Below, one piece after another: positions 18,674 through 27,568 of a DNA stretch of 64,000 bases. Made by a program: the position numbers and the translations under genes. This DNA comes from Candidatus Pacearchaeota archaeon (GTDB taxonomy: Archaea; Nanobdellota; Nanobdellia; Pacearchaeales; GW2011-AR1). The stretch is from positions 5,916 to 69,915 of the forward strand of contig JAGVXB010000002.1 of NCBI GenBank assembly GCA_018303995.1, read 5' to 3'. Position 1 is the first letter of the stretch. The number at the start of each line of letters is the position of its first letter. A model generated the notes under the pieces. That model was not told where the DNA came from. It saw nothing but the letters and a program-made list of their open reading frames with translations, and made no database searches.

Positions 18674-19057
18674 ATGACTTCATTGAAATACATGATTAGC
18701 TTTGAATGGTCTGATATATTTTCAAGATATAAGGATTATGTATTTATTGTTGAGGGCAGAAAAGATGCCGATGCTCTGAATAATTTAGGGTTTAGAAGAG
18801 TTTTCACTATTAATAAAATTGGTGTTTCTCTTCGAGAGATTATTGAGAAAATTGTTTGTGGTATTGATGGGAAAGATAAGGTATGCATCTTGACTGATTT
18901 TGATAAGAAGGGAAAACAGCTCTATAAGATTATTAAAAAAGAAATGGCTCCTATGGGCGTTAGAATTGATTCTTCACTTAGAAAAATTTTGTTAATAATG
19001 GGTGTTTCTCATATAGAAGGGCTTGATAGCTTTGTTGATAAATTATCTACTGGTTGA
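18674..19057 (+). CDS. small Toprim-domain protein
   Basis: FIVEGRKDADAL (catalytic Glu) and ILTDFDKKGKQL (DxD) Toprim motifs in 127 aa. Confidence 0.6.
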   Translation: MTSLKYMISFEWSDIFSRYKDYVFIVEGRKDADALNNLGFRRVFTINKIGVSLREIIEKIVCGIDGKDKVCILTDFDKKGKQLYKIIKKEMAPMGVRIDSSLRKILLIMGVSHIEGLDSFVDKLSTG

Positions 19058-19633
19058 TTTCTTTTTCTTGTTGAACTTTTTTGTAGCACTTGTTTGTTTA
19101 ATATAATGCTTTGCCGAAATTGAGCCTAGGATAAGACATGCTATTGATAATGGGATTGAAATAAAAGTCCATGTTAGGTAATAAATGCTTAGAATTAATG
19201 CTGGAAGGGCGAATCCTTGGACAAATGTGGTTAGTTTTCCGATATAGGCTGCATGGGGTATTGATTTTCCAGACATGAAATAAGCTACTGCGAATGGGGC
19301 AGTTATTATTTCTCTAGACATTATGAATAAAATTTGCATTCCTTGAATCCAGCCTAAATTTCCAGACATTCCGAACGCAATTATGAATGCTAGTGCAGTT
19401 CCTACCCATAGAAATCTGTCTGCAATTATATCTGCTTTTCTTCCAAATTCACTTTCCCACTTAAACTTACGGGCCAATTGGCCGTCTAGCCAATCAGTAA
19501 GTGCGGCTATTGCAAAGATAGTTATTGTTGTTCTTATGTCTGCTTTTGTGAAAATTAAATATATAATGACAAAAGTAAGGAAAACTCTGGATATTGTTAA
19601 GAAGTTTGGAATGTGTTTTAGGATATTTTTCAT
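19043..19633 (-). CDS. CDP-alcohol phosphatidyltransferase
   Basis: DWLDGQLARKFKWESEFGRKADIIADR matches D(x)2DG(x)2AR(x)8G(x)3D(x)3D. The protein is multi-pass membrane. Confidence 0.85.
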   Translation of the reverse strand: MKNILKHIPNFLTISRVFLTFVIIYLIFTKADIRTTITIFAIAALTDWLDGQLARKFKWESEFGRKADIIADRFLWVGTALAFIIAFGMSGNLGWIQGMQILFIMSREIITAPFAVAYFMSGKSIPHAAYIGKLTTFVQGFALPALILSIYYLTWTFISIPLSIACLILGSISAKHYIKQTSATKKFNKKKKSTSR

Positions 19634-19640
19634 TAATTAG

Positions 19641-19952
19641 TTAAGCAATTACTCTTTTTATATTTTCTATATTGTTAGCTACTTCTTCGCCTCTCTTTGT
19701 GAGTTTGATTAATTTTATTCTGCCTTTTTTCTCGAAGCCTACTAGTTCAAGTTTTTCTAACATTTGAAGTATTTTTACTGCGTGACTATATGTGCAGTCA
19801 ACTTCCTTTGCAAGGATTGAGCCGTATCTTGCGCGTGTTAACTTTTTTAAGGCTACTAGCATCAAAGCCGGTTTTCTTCTGAAGAAAACGTCGAAACTGT
19901 CTTTTGGTTTTTGAATCATTTTGATATATCCTTTGTAATCTCTATATTGCAA
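19641..19952 (-). CDS. winged-helix transcriptional regulator (tentative)
   Basis: GSILAKEVDCTYSHAVKILQMLEKLELVGFEKKGRIKLIKLTKRGEEV has an HTH plus wing pattern. Confidence 0.5.
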   Translation of the reverse strand: MQYRDYKGYIKMIQKPKDSFDVFFRRKPALMLVALKKLTRARYGSILAKEVDCTYSHAVKILQMLEKLELVGFEKKGRIKLIKLTKRGEEVANNIENIKRVIA

Positions 19953-20054
19953 TAAGTATATCGCTTTTAAGTTTTTCTATATGCTTGTTATCTTTGATAG
20001 TAGTTATTTTGTTTCACTTTTTTTGAGTTTTTTGATTTGTAGACGATAATGTAC

Positions 20055-20660
20055 TTATTCTTTCTTTTGTAATCTTACTTTGAATCCTTTGCTAAGAAAT
20101 CTTGCTTGATAAATTCCTGGCTCGGCTTGAACTACAGTATAAAGACTTTTATCTGCATTTCTCTCAATTTTGTATCTGCTTTTGTCAACAACTACAAATG
20201 TTGCTGTTTCTGTATTTGGTGAACCTATAATTTTATCACTTCTTTTTGGACCTTCAAACGGTTCGTCTAAAGATACATAAAATAATCTGTTTGAACTTTG
20301 TAAGATATCACATCTTCCATCTGTACCTGTCCAGATTACTACATATCCTCTTCCAGTTCCTAAATAAGGTTGGCGTCTTATTGGTTCTTCTTTTGGAGTA
20401 TCTTTTTTTGCTTTTTTATATTCATCTATTATTTCCTTGAGTTCTTGTGAGGCTAATCTTTTGATTATATGTTTAGATGCTATATCCATAATTTGTTTCA
20501 TATTTTTAACGAATGCTCTGTTTTGGGCCCTTAACAGGTAATCTTCTTCTGATTTTTCATACTGTGGGTCAAAATTACTCAATGAACAAGGATCTATTAC
20601 TAATAATTCTCCTGACTTGTTGACTACTTCTCCCACTAGTTTTGCTTCAAGGTCTGCCAT
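20055..20660 (-). CDS. hypothetical protein (201 aa)
   Basis: ORF only. Confidence 0.4.
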   Translation of the reverse strand: MADLEAKLVGEVVNKSGELLVIDPCSLSNFDPQYEKSEEDYLLRAQNRAFVKNMKQIMDIASKHIIKRLASQELKEIIDEYKKAKKDTPKEEPIRRQPYLGTGRGYVVIWTGTDGRCDILQSSNRLFYVSLDEPFEGPKRSDKIIGSPNTETATFVVVDKSRYKIERNADKSLYTVVQAEPGIYQARFLSKGFKVRLQKKE

Positions 20661-20759
20661 AACTTCAAAAGATAGGTATGTTTTTTAAGCCTTTTTCTTA
20701 ATATTTACTATTAATTGATAGAAATTTTATTATCAAATAGAAGTGTTTATAATTGTTAG

Positions 20760-21392
20760 TTGTGTGTGATTTTTATGGCTTTAAAGAAACTAAAGATACT
20801 GGCTGCATCTGATTTGCATGGAGACTCGCGACTTACTAAGAAACTTGCTCTTCGTGCTGAGAAGGAAGGAGTTGATTTAGTTGTTTTATGTGGGGACTTG
20901 ACTGGCTTCGGTGAAAGTAAGAATTTGATTAAACCGTTTAAGGATAAAAATCAGAAGGTGCTTTTGTTGCCTGGAAATTGGGATTCTTTTGCTACTACTG
21001 ACTTTCTTGCTCAGTTATACGGAGTTACTAATATTCATGGATATGGCGCAGTTTATCAAGGAGTTGGTTTTTTTGGAGCTGGAAGCGCTTCTACTGCTAT
21101 CGGGCCTAGGTCTGGAATTTCAGAGAAAGAACTTTTTGATACTTTAGAGAAAGCTCATAAAGGCCTTAAAGGTATAGAGAAAAAAGTTATGTTGACTCAT
21201 ATGCATCCTTCTAAAGGAATTTCAGAATCTGTAGGATTTAGAGGAAGTGATTCTATTCATAAAGCTGTTTTGAAATTTAAGCCTGATTTACTTTTACATG
21301 GGCATATTCACGAGACTTTTGGAACTGAAGATTTTATTGGAAAGACTAAAGTTATTAATGTCGGGCGTGATGGGGTTATTTTAGAGATTTGA
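20760..21392 (+). CDS. metallophosphoesterase (calcineurin-like)
   Basis: The motifs DLHGD, GDLTG, GNWD, HMHP and GHIHE occur in order. The likely start is the ATG at MALKKLKIL. Confidence 0.8.
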   Translation: MCVIFMALKKLKILAASDLHGDSRLTKKLALRAEKEGVDLVVLCGDLTGFGESKNLIKPFKDKNQKVLLLPGNWDSFATTDFLAQLYGVTNIHGYGAVYQGVGFFGAGSASTAIGPRSGISEKELFDTLEKAHKGLKGIEKKVMLTHMHPSKGISESVGFRGSDSIHKAVLKFKPDLLLHGHIHETFGTEDFIGKTKVINVGRDGVILEI

Positions 21393-21425
21393 TAATTTTA
21401 TAAACTTGTTTTGTTTTAACTTGTT

Positions 21426-21965
21426 ATGGTTAAGGTTGCTGATAGAAAATCTGTGGGGAGGGTTTATTCTGCTTTTGATATTTATTCAAAGGACCCTCAG
21501 AAACTTAGATTTATAGGCGAATGGTTTGAAGGTGAGGCAAGAGATGAAGTTGAAAGAGAACGCTACAAACAAGCTTCTAAGGATTTTAGGAGGGCTGCAA
21601 AGTTTTATTCTAAAGCTTCTGAATATTCAAAGACAGATGATTCTTTAAAAAGCGAATTAGAAGACTTGTTTAGAAATGCTTTATCTGAATATAAAAAAGA
21701 ACGTAGAATGGCAGTTTTATATGAAAAAACTAAAGATATGAACTCGATTAGAAGGTTTATTGTTAGAAAAATAAAAGGAAGGTATATTTTAGCTTCTTTT
21801 GCTTTGGCTTTGTTTTCTTCTTTTCCTAGCCTGACGGGAAATGTTGTTGGAAATAAGAGTTTTGCTTTTTCTACTGTTGGAGTAGTCTTTTTCTTTATTG
21901 GTGTCTTTTTTTCTTGGTTTTTTGTTCGGAAGATGATTTTGATTAATGAGTCGTTTAAGAAATAA
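21426..21965 (+). CDS. hypothetical protein with C-terminal TM helices
   Basis: Charged N-half, then hydrophobic ILASFALALFSSF and VGVVFFFIGVFFSWFFV. Confidence 0.4.
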   Translation: MVKVADRKSVGRVYSAFDIYSKDPQKLRFIGEWFEGEARDEVERERYKQASKDFRRAAKFYSKASEYSKTDDSLKSELEDLFRNALSEYKKERRMAVLYEKTKDMNSIRRFIVRKIKGRYILASFALALFSSFPSLTGNVVGNKSFAFSTVGVVFFFIGVFFSWFFVRKMILINESFKK

Positions 21966-22100
21966 TTTTTTTTGATTTTTGTGGCTATTATATTAGCTAA
22001 AATAATTGCTTCAGTAAAGTGTGAGGCGCGAAGCGCCGAACTGCGCCGACCATATTGGTTTTTAATTGTAGTTTTTGTTTTATTTTTTCATTGAAAGTGA

Positions 22101-22164
22101 GAGTTGGGGTAATTTTAATTGTGGTTTTTCTCGAGGAAGGTTTATAAAATAACTTATCGTGTGT
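22101..22164 (+). promoter_or_regulatory. conserved upstream region with TATA box (TTTATAAAAT at 22141-22150)
   Basis: CGAGGAAGGTTTATAAAATAACTTATCGTGTGT is nearly identical to 24181-24214. The TATA box lies about 40-50 nt upstream of ATG 22190. Confidence 0.6.
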
Positions 22165-22189
22165 AAAAAGTGAGGATTGTGATGATTTT

Positions 22190-24130
22190 ATGAGCTACGA
22201 TAGTTATGAGGGAGCTTCTAGATTGCCTGTTGTGCCTTTGTATTACAGTATTCCTTTGCTTTTGGTTTGCATAAGTGCTTTTTTGATTTTAGTTTTTTTG
22301 TTTAATGTAGAAGTTCCTCAGGTGATGTTACAGTCAGTTCCTACGAATGTGGCATATGTTAATTCTTGTGGGGTTTTGAATCAGGATAATGCTTATTATG
22401 TTTTGAATCAGAGTATTAATGTTGCTGGTAATTGTATAACTATTAATGGAGTAAATGTAACTTTAGATGGAGAATCTAAATATGTTCTGCAAGCAACTGG
22501 AATAGCGGTTTTTGTATCTGCTTATGGGAGGAATGTTACAGTTAAAGGATTAAACATTACTTCAGCACACGCGGGTATACATTTGGCTGGAGCGAGTAAT
22601 TCCACAGTAGTTTCAAACTATATCAGTAATTCCTTTAATTCTATAATTTCTAATCTTGGAAATGGGAATTCAATATCAAATAATATTATAGATAGACCTC
22701 TTAGTGGCGGAATAGGCATAGGTACAATATTTTTTGATGGGCAGAGCGTTTCATTGAAGAATAATATTGTTTCTAACATACCCTCTTCTTATTCAAGTTT
22801 ACTGCTTTATTCTTTTAATGAAACTAGTTATGGATTTGCAGAACTTACTGATAATTCTTTTGTTTATTATAACATAAATTCTACTTTTGTAACATTTGTT
22901 AATCTTGGAAATGGCAAAATCAACTTTATAGAATCATTGATGAATGTGAATGGGAGCAATTTGAATGATGATGTTAGACTTGGATTTAATTACGCTTATG
23001 TTAATTCTTCTAATTCTGGTTTAAATAAATCTGCGATTATTACTTTTTACGGCTTACCGACTAATATTACGAACTCAACAATTCTTCGTAATGGTGTTCT
23101 TTGTCCTGCAAATATTTGTACTAATTTGACTAGCTTAAATGCAGGGACTGTTGTATTCAATGTTACTTCTTGGACTAATTATTCTATAAGCAACATTAAT
23201 TCTTTTATAAATAATCCTTCGAATAATGCCAATATCACAACTAATAATTCATTAAATTCAATTATATCTATAAATGAGCCTGATTCTGGAGATTTATATA
23301 CTGTTTTAGATTTTCCAGTCTTATTTAATGTTAATTTGACTTTGAATGGAAGTGTTAAGTTTAGTTTGAATGGTGGATTTATGAACATGACAATGAATAC
23401 TACAGATAATAGATTATTTACTTATAGTCAGAGTTTGCTGACTGTTGGAAATTATACATTTACTGCTTATGCTAACCTTACTAATGGAACTAGGTTGAGT
23501 GCTTCAGTTAATTTCAGGGTTGTAGATATTATTCCTACAATGAGTATTGATGAGCCTGATTTAAATGAGAGATATTATTTATCTGCGTTTCCAGTTACAT
23601 TTGTCGTTACTTTAAATCAGAATGGAAGTGTTAAGTTTAGTTTGAATAATGGAGTTATGAACACGACAATGAATACTACAGATAATGTTGCATTTACTTA
23701 TCGTCAAAATTTGCTGACTGTTGGAAATTATACATTTACTGCTTATGCTAACTTTACTAATGGAACTAGGTTGAGCGATTCTGTTGATTTTAGAGTTGTT
23801 AATAATCCTAGTAATAATAATCCTGGAGGTAGTAGCGGTGGTGGGAATAATAATGGAGGAAATTCTGGTTCTGGAAATAGTTCAAATAGTTCTGGGGGAA
23901 GTTCTTATGTTTCACCTGTACTTCCATCAAATTATAGTGGCTTTTTTAATTCAAATTCAGGAAATATAAAGAGTTCTTCAGGTAGTGCAAGGAATGTGGT
24001 CTATTGGCTTATTATTGTAATACTTTTTGTAGCGATAATTATTCTTGTTTTTTTAATTATTAAATTTATTAAATCCAATTTTATTGAAGAAAACTTTAAT
24101 TCTACAAAACTTATAAGCCATTTGAGATAG
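22190..24130 (+). CDS. surface protein: signal/TM, right-handed beta-helix repeats, two Ig-like repeats, N/G/S-rich linker, C-terminal TM anchor
   Basis: Repeated N.I..N..xGI patterns and very many N-x-S/T sequons. The module INEPDSGDLYTVLDFPV...NYTFTAYAN is duplicated. The C-terminus carries GGSSGGGNNNGGNSG followed by WLIIVILFVAIIILVFLII. Confidence 0.7.
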   Translation: MSYDSYEGASRLPVVPLYYSIPLLLVCISAFLILVFLFNVEVPQVMLQSVPTNVAYVNSCGVLNQDNAYYVLNQSINVAGNCITINGVNVTLDGESKYVLQATGIAVFVSAYGRNVTVKGLNITSAHAGIHLAGASNSTVVSNYISNSFNSIISNLGNGNSISNNIIDRPLSGGIGIGTIFFDGQSVSLKNNIVSNIPSSYSSLLLYSFNETSYGFAELTDNSFVYYNINSTFVTFVNLGNGKINFIESLMNVNGSNLNDDVRLGFNYAYVNSSNSGLNKSAIITFYGLPTNITNSTILRNGVLCPANICTNLTSLNAGTVVFNVTSWTNYSISNINSFINNPSNNANITTNNSLNSIISINEPDSGDLYTVLDFPVLFNVNLTLNGSVKFSLNGGFMNMTMNTTDNRLFTYSQSLLTVGNYTFTAYANLTNGTRLSASVNFRVVDIIPTMSIDEPDLNERYYLSAFPVTFVVTLNQNGSVKFSLNNGVMNTTMNTTDNVAFTYRQNLLTVGNYTFTAYANFTNGTRLSDSVDFRVVNNPSNNNPGGSSGGGNNNGGNSGSGNSSNSSGGSSYVSPVLPSNYSGFFNSNSGNIKSSSGSARNVVYWLIIVILFVAIIILVFLIIKFIKSNFIEENFNSTKLISHLR

Positions 24131-24150
24131 TCTGAGAAGTATCTTCTTTT

Positions 24151-24214
24151 AGGTGTGGGAATTTAATGTTGTAGGTTTTACGAGAAGGTTTATAAAATAA
24201 GTTAACTTGTGTGT
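24151..24214 (+). promoter_or_regulatory. conserved upstream region with TATA box (24189-24198), paralogous to 22101-22164
   Basis: CGAGAAGGTTTATAAAATAAGTTAACTTGTGTGT. The likely coding start is ATG 24229. Confidence 0.6.
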
Positions 24215-27200
24215 GGAATGGAGTTTGTATGAGAAAAAGGAAGAATTTAGTTATTCCACGTGTACCTTTGAGTTATAGTGTTCCTTTGCTTATTGTTTGT
24301 ATTGCCGTATTTTTTGTTTTGTTTTCGTGGTATCTTGGAGGAATTCCTAATATAATGCTTCAAGCTGTTCCTGTTAATGTTATAAATGTAACTTCTTGCG
24401 GAACTTTGAGTCAGAATAATGCTTATTATGTTTTGAATTCAAGTCTGAGTTTTACAACTTCTAATTGCATTACTATTCAGGGAGATAATGTTACTTTAGA
24501 TGGTGAATTTAAACATTTGATTACATCAAGTGCGCCTTATAGCTATACTGCTTCTGCAGTACTTTCTCTAGGTAAAAATGTCACTATTCAAAGATTGAAT
24601 ATTACTGTTCCTGTGTCTCGAGGAATAGTCATTTATGGAAGTAATTCAGTTGTGAATTCAAATGTTATTAAGGATGCTTATGTTGCTGCAGTTATCGGTG
24701 CTGCAGCTACTCCTTCTGGAGTTATATTTTCGAATAATGTTATAAATAGAGCATATATAGGAATATCTATTTGGGATGCTACAAAAGTTGAAATTTTAGA
24801 TAATACTATTTCGAATACTAATAATTCTGTGGATATTGGATTGTTTGGTGGTCAAAGTATTTTGCTGAAGAATTTAAATATTATTAATCAATCTCCTCTT
24901 ACAAATAGTTTAACTATAACTGATGCTGTTGCTAACGGTAATGTTCCTGGTCCGCCTAATTTTATTGATATTGTTGATAGTTCATTTACTTCTTATCAGA
25001 TTGCCAATGCATTTACAACATTTACAAGCACTGGAAAAGGAGAGATTAACTTTACCCAACCTATTAGTGGGGGAGTTATGACTCAAGGAGTAAGTGGCCG
25101 CAATTTGAATGATGATGTTAAGATTGAATATAATTATGCTTATGTAAATTCTACTCGTGCTGGATTGAATGTGCCTGCTAGAATTACTTTTGAAGGTCTT
25201 CCAACTAATTTAGTTAATCCGGTAATGTTACGTAATGGACTTTCTTGTCCTGCAAATATTTGTACTAATTTGACTAGCTTGAATGCGGGTACTGTTGTGT
25301 TTAATGTTACTGGATGGACAGATTATTCAATTAATTTGGGCGGTGCTCCCGTTGTCATTCCTGTAAATGCTATAAATGTAAGTTCTTGTGGAGTTCTTAG
25401 CAGAAATAACACTTATTATGTTTTGAATGCGAGTTTTACTGCTTCTATTTCGCCATGTATTTCAATTATAGGAAATAATGTTACTTTAGATGGAACTTCA
25501 AGATATTCAATCAGTCCTGCAACTGGATTAAGTAGTGTTGGAATTGATATTGTTGGAAGCAATGTTTCAGTTGCTAGAGTCAATTTGAGGTCATTTAGAG
25601 TTGGAATTGCTTCTGGAAATAGAGATTCTTATATTTATGGTAACTCTATTGTTGGTTCAGGTATTGTGTCTTCAGGATTTACTAGTGTTGGAATAGATTT
25701 ATATGAGACTTTAAGATCAAGAGTTGCTCAAAACTTAATATCTAATGTTCAGGTAGGAATTAATTTAAATTTTTCGAATAAGAGTTTAATTGAGCGAAAT
25801 GTTCTTAATAAGTTGAACCCTGCGGATTTATTAGACACTGGAATATTATTGTATCTTGGTTTTAATAATAGTATAGATTCAAATACTATTACTAGGGCAA
25901 ATTACTCTATTACTTTATCTAACTCTAATCATAACAATATTTCTAATAATATATTATTAAATTCCAGTATTTCTGGAGTATACTCTATATTGTCAGGGTT
26001 TAATTCTTTTTCAAATGTTTCTATACTAAATCCGCGAAGAGATGGTATTGTTTTAGTTTCAGGTATTCCGATTTATAATTCTTTTAAAAATGTCAATGTA
26101 ATAAATGGAAATTCTTCTCATTATGATTTAGATGTTAATTCACCTTATTTTGCTTCGACTTCTTCTGCTTATGTTGATATTATAGATAGTTCATTTAAAT
26201 CTTATAGAATTAATAATTCTTTTGTTAATTTGATTAATACAAGCAATGGTAGGATTAACTTTACTCAACCATTTATGAATGTAAATGGGCTTGATTTGGG
26301 TAGTGATATTCATGTAGAACGTAATCTTGCAAACGTTGAGTCTGCGTTGCGTCCTAGGTTAAATGTGCCTGCTAGAATTACTTTCGAAGGTCTTCCAACT
26401 AATTTAGTTAATCCGGTAATGTTACGTAATGGGCTTTCTTGTCCTGCAAATATTTGTACTAATTTGACTAGCTTGAATGCTGGTACTGTTGTGTTTAATG
26501 TTACTGGATGGACGAACTATTCTATTAGCTCGGTGATTAATCCTAATAATAACTCCTCGAATAATAATACTTATTCTAATATATCTATAAATGAGCCTGA
26601 TTCTGGAGATTTATATACTGTTTTAGATTTTCCTGTTGTGTTTGATGTTAATTTGAGTATGAATGGAAGTGTTAAATTTAGTTTGAATGGTGGAGTTGCT
26701 AATATTACAATGAATACTTTAAATCGTAGAACATTTACTTATAGTCAGAGTTTACTTCTTATTGGAAATTATACTTTTACTGCTTATGCTAACTTTAGTA
26801 ATGGGGTTAACGAAAGTTTATCTGTTGACTTTAGGGTTGTGGATATTGTTCCTACTATGAGTATAAATGAGCCTAGTCCAGATGAGAGTTATGCTTTATC
26901 TGCGTTTCCAGTTACATTTAATATTTCTTTGAATTTGAATGGAAGTGTTAACTTTAGTTTGAATAATGGAGTTACAAATACTACAATGAATACTACAAAC
27001 AATAGATTATTTACTTATAGTCAGGGTTTACTTCCTGTTGGAAATTATGTGTTGACTGCTTATAGTAATTTCTTAAATGGGGCTAAACGAAATGCTACTG
27101 TTAATTTCGTTGTTGTGAATAATCCTAATAATCCTGGAGGTAGCAGTGGTGGTAGCGGTGGTGGTGGGGGTAGAAGAAGTACTACGGGGATTGCGAGGAA

Positions 27201-27462
27201 TAATTCAAATATTTCTTCTGGTGGAAATTATGTTCCACCAACAATATATCCATCAGATTCTGATGACTTCTCAGATTTGCCTTCACAAGACATAGTGGAT
27301 TCTTCTGCTATTAGTTTGAGAAATGTGATTTTCTGGACTGTTATTGCAATACTTTCTGTAATGATTGCTATTCTCATTATTTTGATTATAAGAGAAATAA
27401 AGGTTCGTGTTGCTGTGAAAAACACAGATTATGTCAAAGTGTTTGAAAACCACACCCTTTAG
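24211..27462 (+). CDS. giant surface protein: two beta-helix modules, two Ig-like repeats, G/S linker, C-terminal TM anchor
   Basis: Paralogue of 22190-24130 with the beta-helix module duplicated. The likely start is M at 24229 (MRKRKNL). The last ~10 codons (from ATG 27431) run into hairpin repeat copy B. Confidence 0.7.
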   Translation: MWNGVCMRKRKNLVIPRVPLSYSVPLLIVCIAVFFVLFSWYLGGIPNIMLQAVPVNVINVTSCGTLSQNNAYYVLNSSLSFTTSNCITIQGDNVTLDGEFKHLITSSAPYSYTASAVLSLGKNVTIQRLNITVPVSRGIVIYGSNSVVNSNVIKDAYVAAVIGAAATPSGVIFSNNVINRAYIGISIWDATKVEILDNTISNTNNSVDIGLFGGQSILLKNLNIINQSPLTNSLTITDAVANGNVPGPPNFIDIVDSSFTSYQIANAFTTFTSTGKGEINFTQPISGGVMTQGVSGRNLNDDVKIEYNYAYVNSTRAGLNVPARITFEGLPTNLVNPVMLRNGLSCPANICTNLTSLNAGTVVFNVTGWTDYSINLGGAPVVIPVNAINVSSCGVLSRNNTYYVLNASFTASISPCISIIGNNVTLDGTSRYSISPATGLSSVGIDIVGSNVSVARVNLRSFRVGIASGNRDSYIYGNSIVGSGIVSSGFTSVGIDLYETLRSRVAQNLISNVQVGINLNFSNKSLIERNVLNKLNPADLLDTGILLYLGFNNSIDSNTITRANYSITLSNSNHNNISNNILLNSSISGVYSILSGFNSFSNVSILNPRRDGIVLVSGIPIYNSFKNVNVINGNSSHYDLDVNSPYFASTSSAYVDIIDSSFKSYRINNSFVNLINTSNGRINFTQPFMNVNGLDLGSDIHVERNLANVESALRPRLNVPARITFEGLPTNLVNPVMLRNGLSCPANICTNLTSLNAGTVVFNVTGWTNYSISSVINPNNNSSNNNTYSNISINEPDSGDLYTVLDFPVVFDVNLSMNGSVKFSLNGGVANITMNTLNRRTFTYSQSLLLIGNYTFTAYANFSNGVNESLSVDFRVVDIVPTMSINEPSPDESYALSAFPVTFNISLNLNGSVNFSLNNGVTNTTMNTTNNRLFTYSQGLLPVGNYVLTAYSNFLNGAKRNATVNFVVVNNPNNPGGSSGGSGGGGGRRSTTGIARNNSNISSGGNYVPPTIYPSDSDDFSDLPSQDIVDSSAISLRNVIFWTVIAILSVMIAILIILIIREIKVRVAVKNTDYVKVFENHTL
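25168..25319 (+). repeat. 152-bp intragenic cassette, copy 1
   Basis: AATGTGCCTGCTAGAATTACTTT...GTTACTGGATGGAC. By eye it differs from 26362-26513 at 3 positions. Confidence 0.9.
26362..26513 (+). repeat. 152-bp intragenic cassette, copy 2
   Basis: Encodes NVPARITFEGLPTNLVNPVMLRNGLSCPANICTNLTSLNAGTVVFNVTGWT, as does copy 1. A diverged third copy lies at about 23060-23170 in the neighbouring gene. Confidence 0.9.
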
Positions 27463-27543
27463 GGCATGAACACTTTGAGCATCCAAAAAACCAAACAAAC
27501 CATGCACTTTAGTGCGTGGTGAAATCAAAGTTTTTTTGATATA
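27431..27543 (+). repeat. dispersed hairpin repeat, copy B
   Basis: ATGTCAAAGTGTTTGAAAA...GAACACTTTGAGCATCCAAAAAA...(inner hairpin CCATGCACT/AGTGCGTGG)...ATCAAAGTTTTTTTGATA. It lies between two convergent genes. Confidence 0.8.
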
Positions 27544-27568
27544 AATATTGTAAAAGATGTAAATTAGT

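Noticed and set aside
22024-22050. A short, very GC-rich island (GGCGCGAAGCGCC hairpin, then GCGCCGA repeated) in an AT-rich intergenic region.
   Set aside because: It is too short to interpret, and I found no second copy or flanking structure. It could be a small stem-loop or chance.
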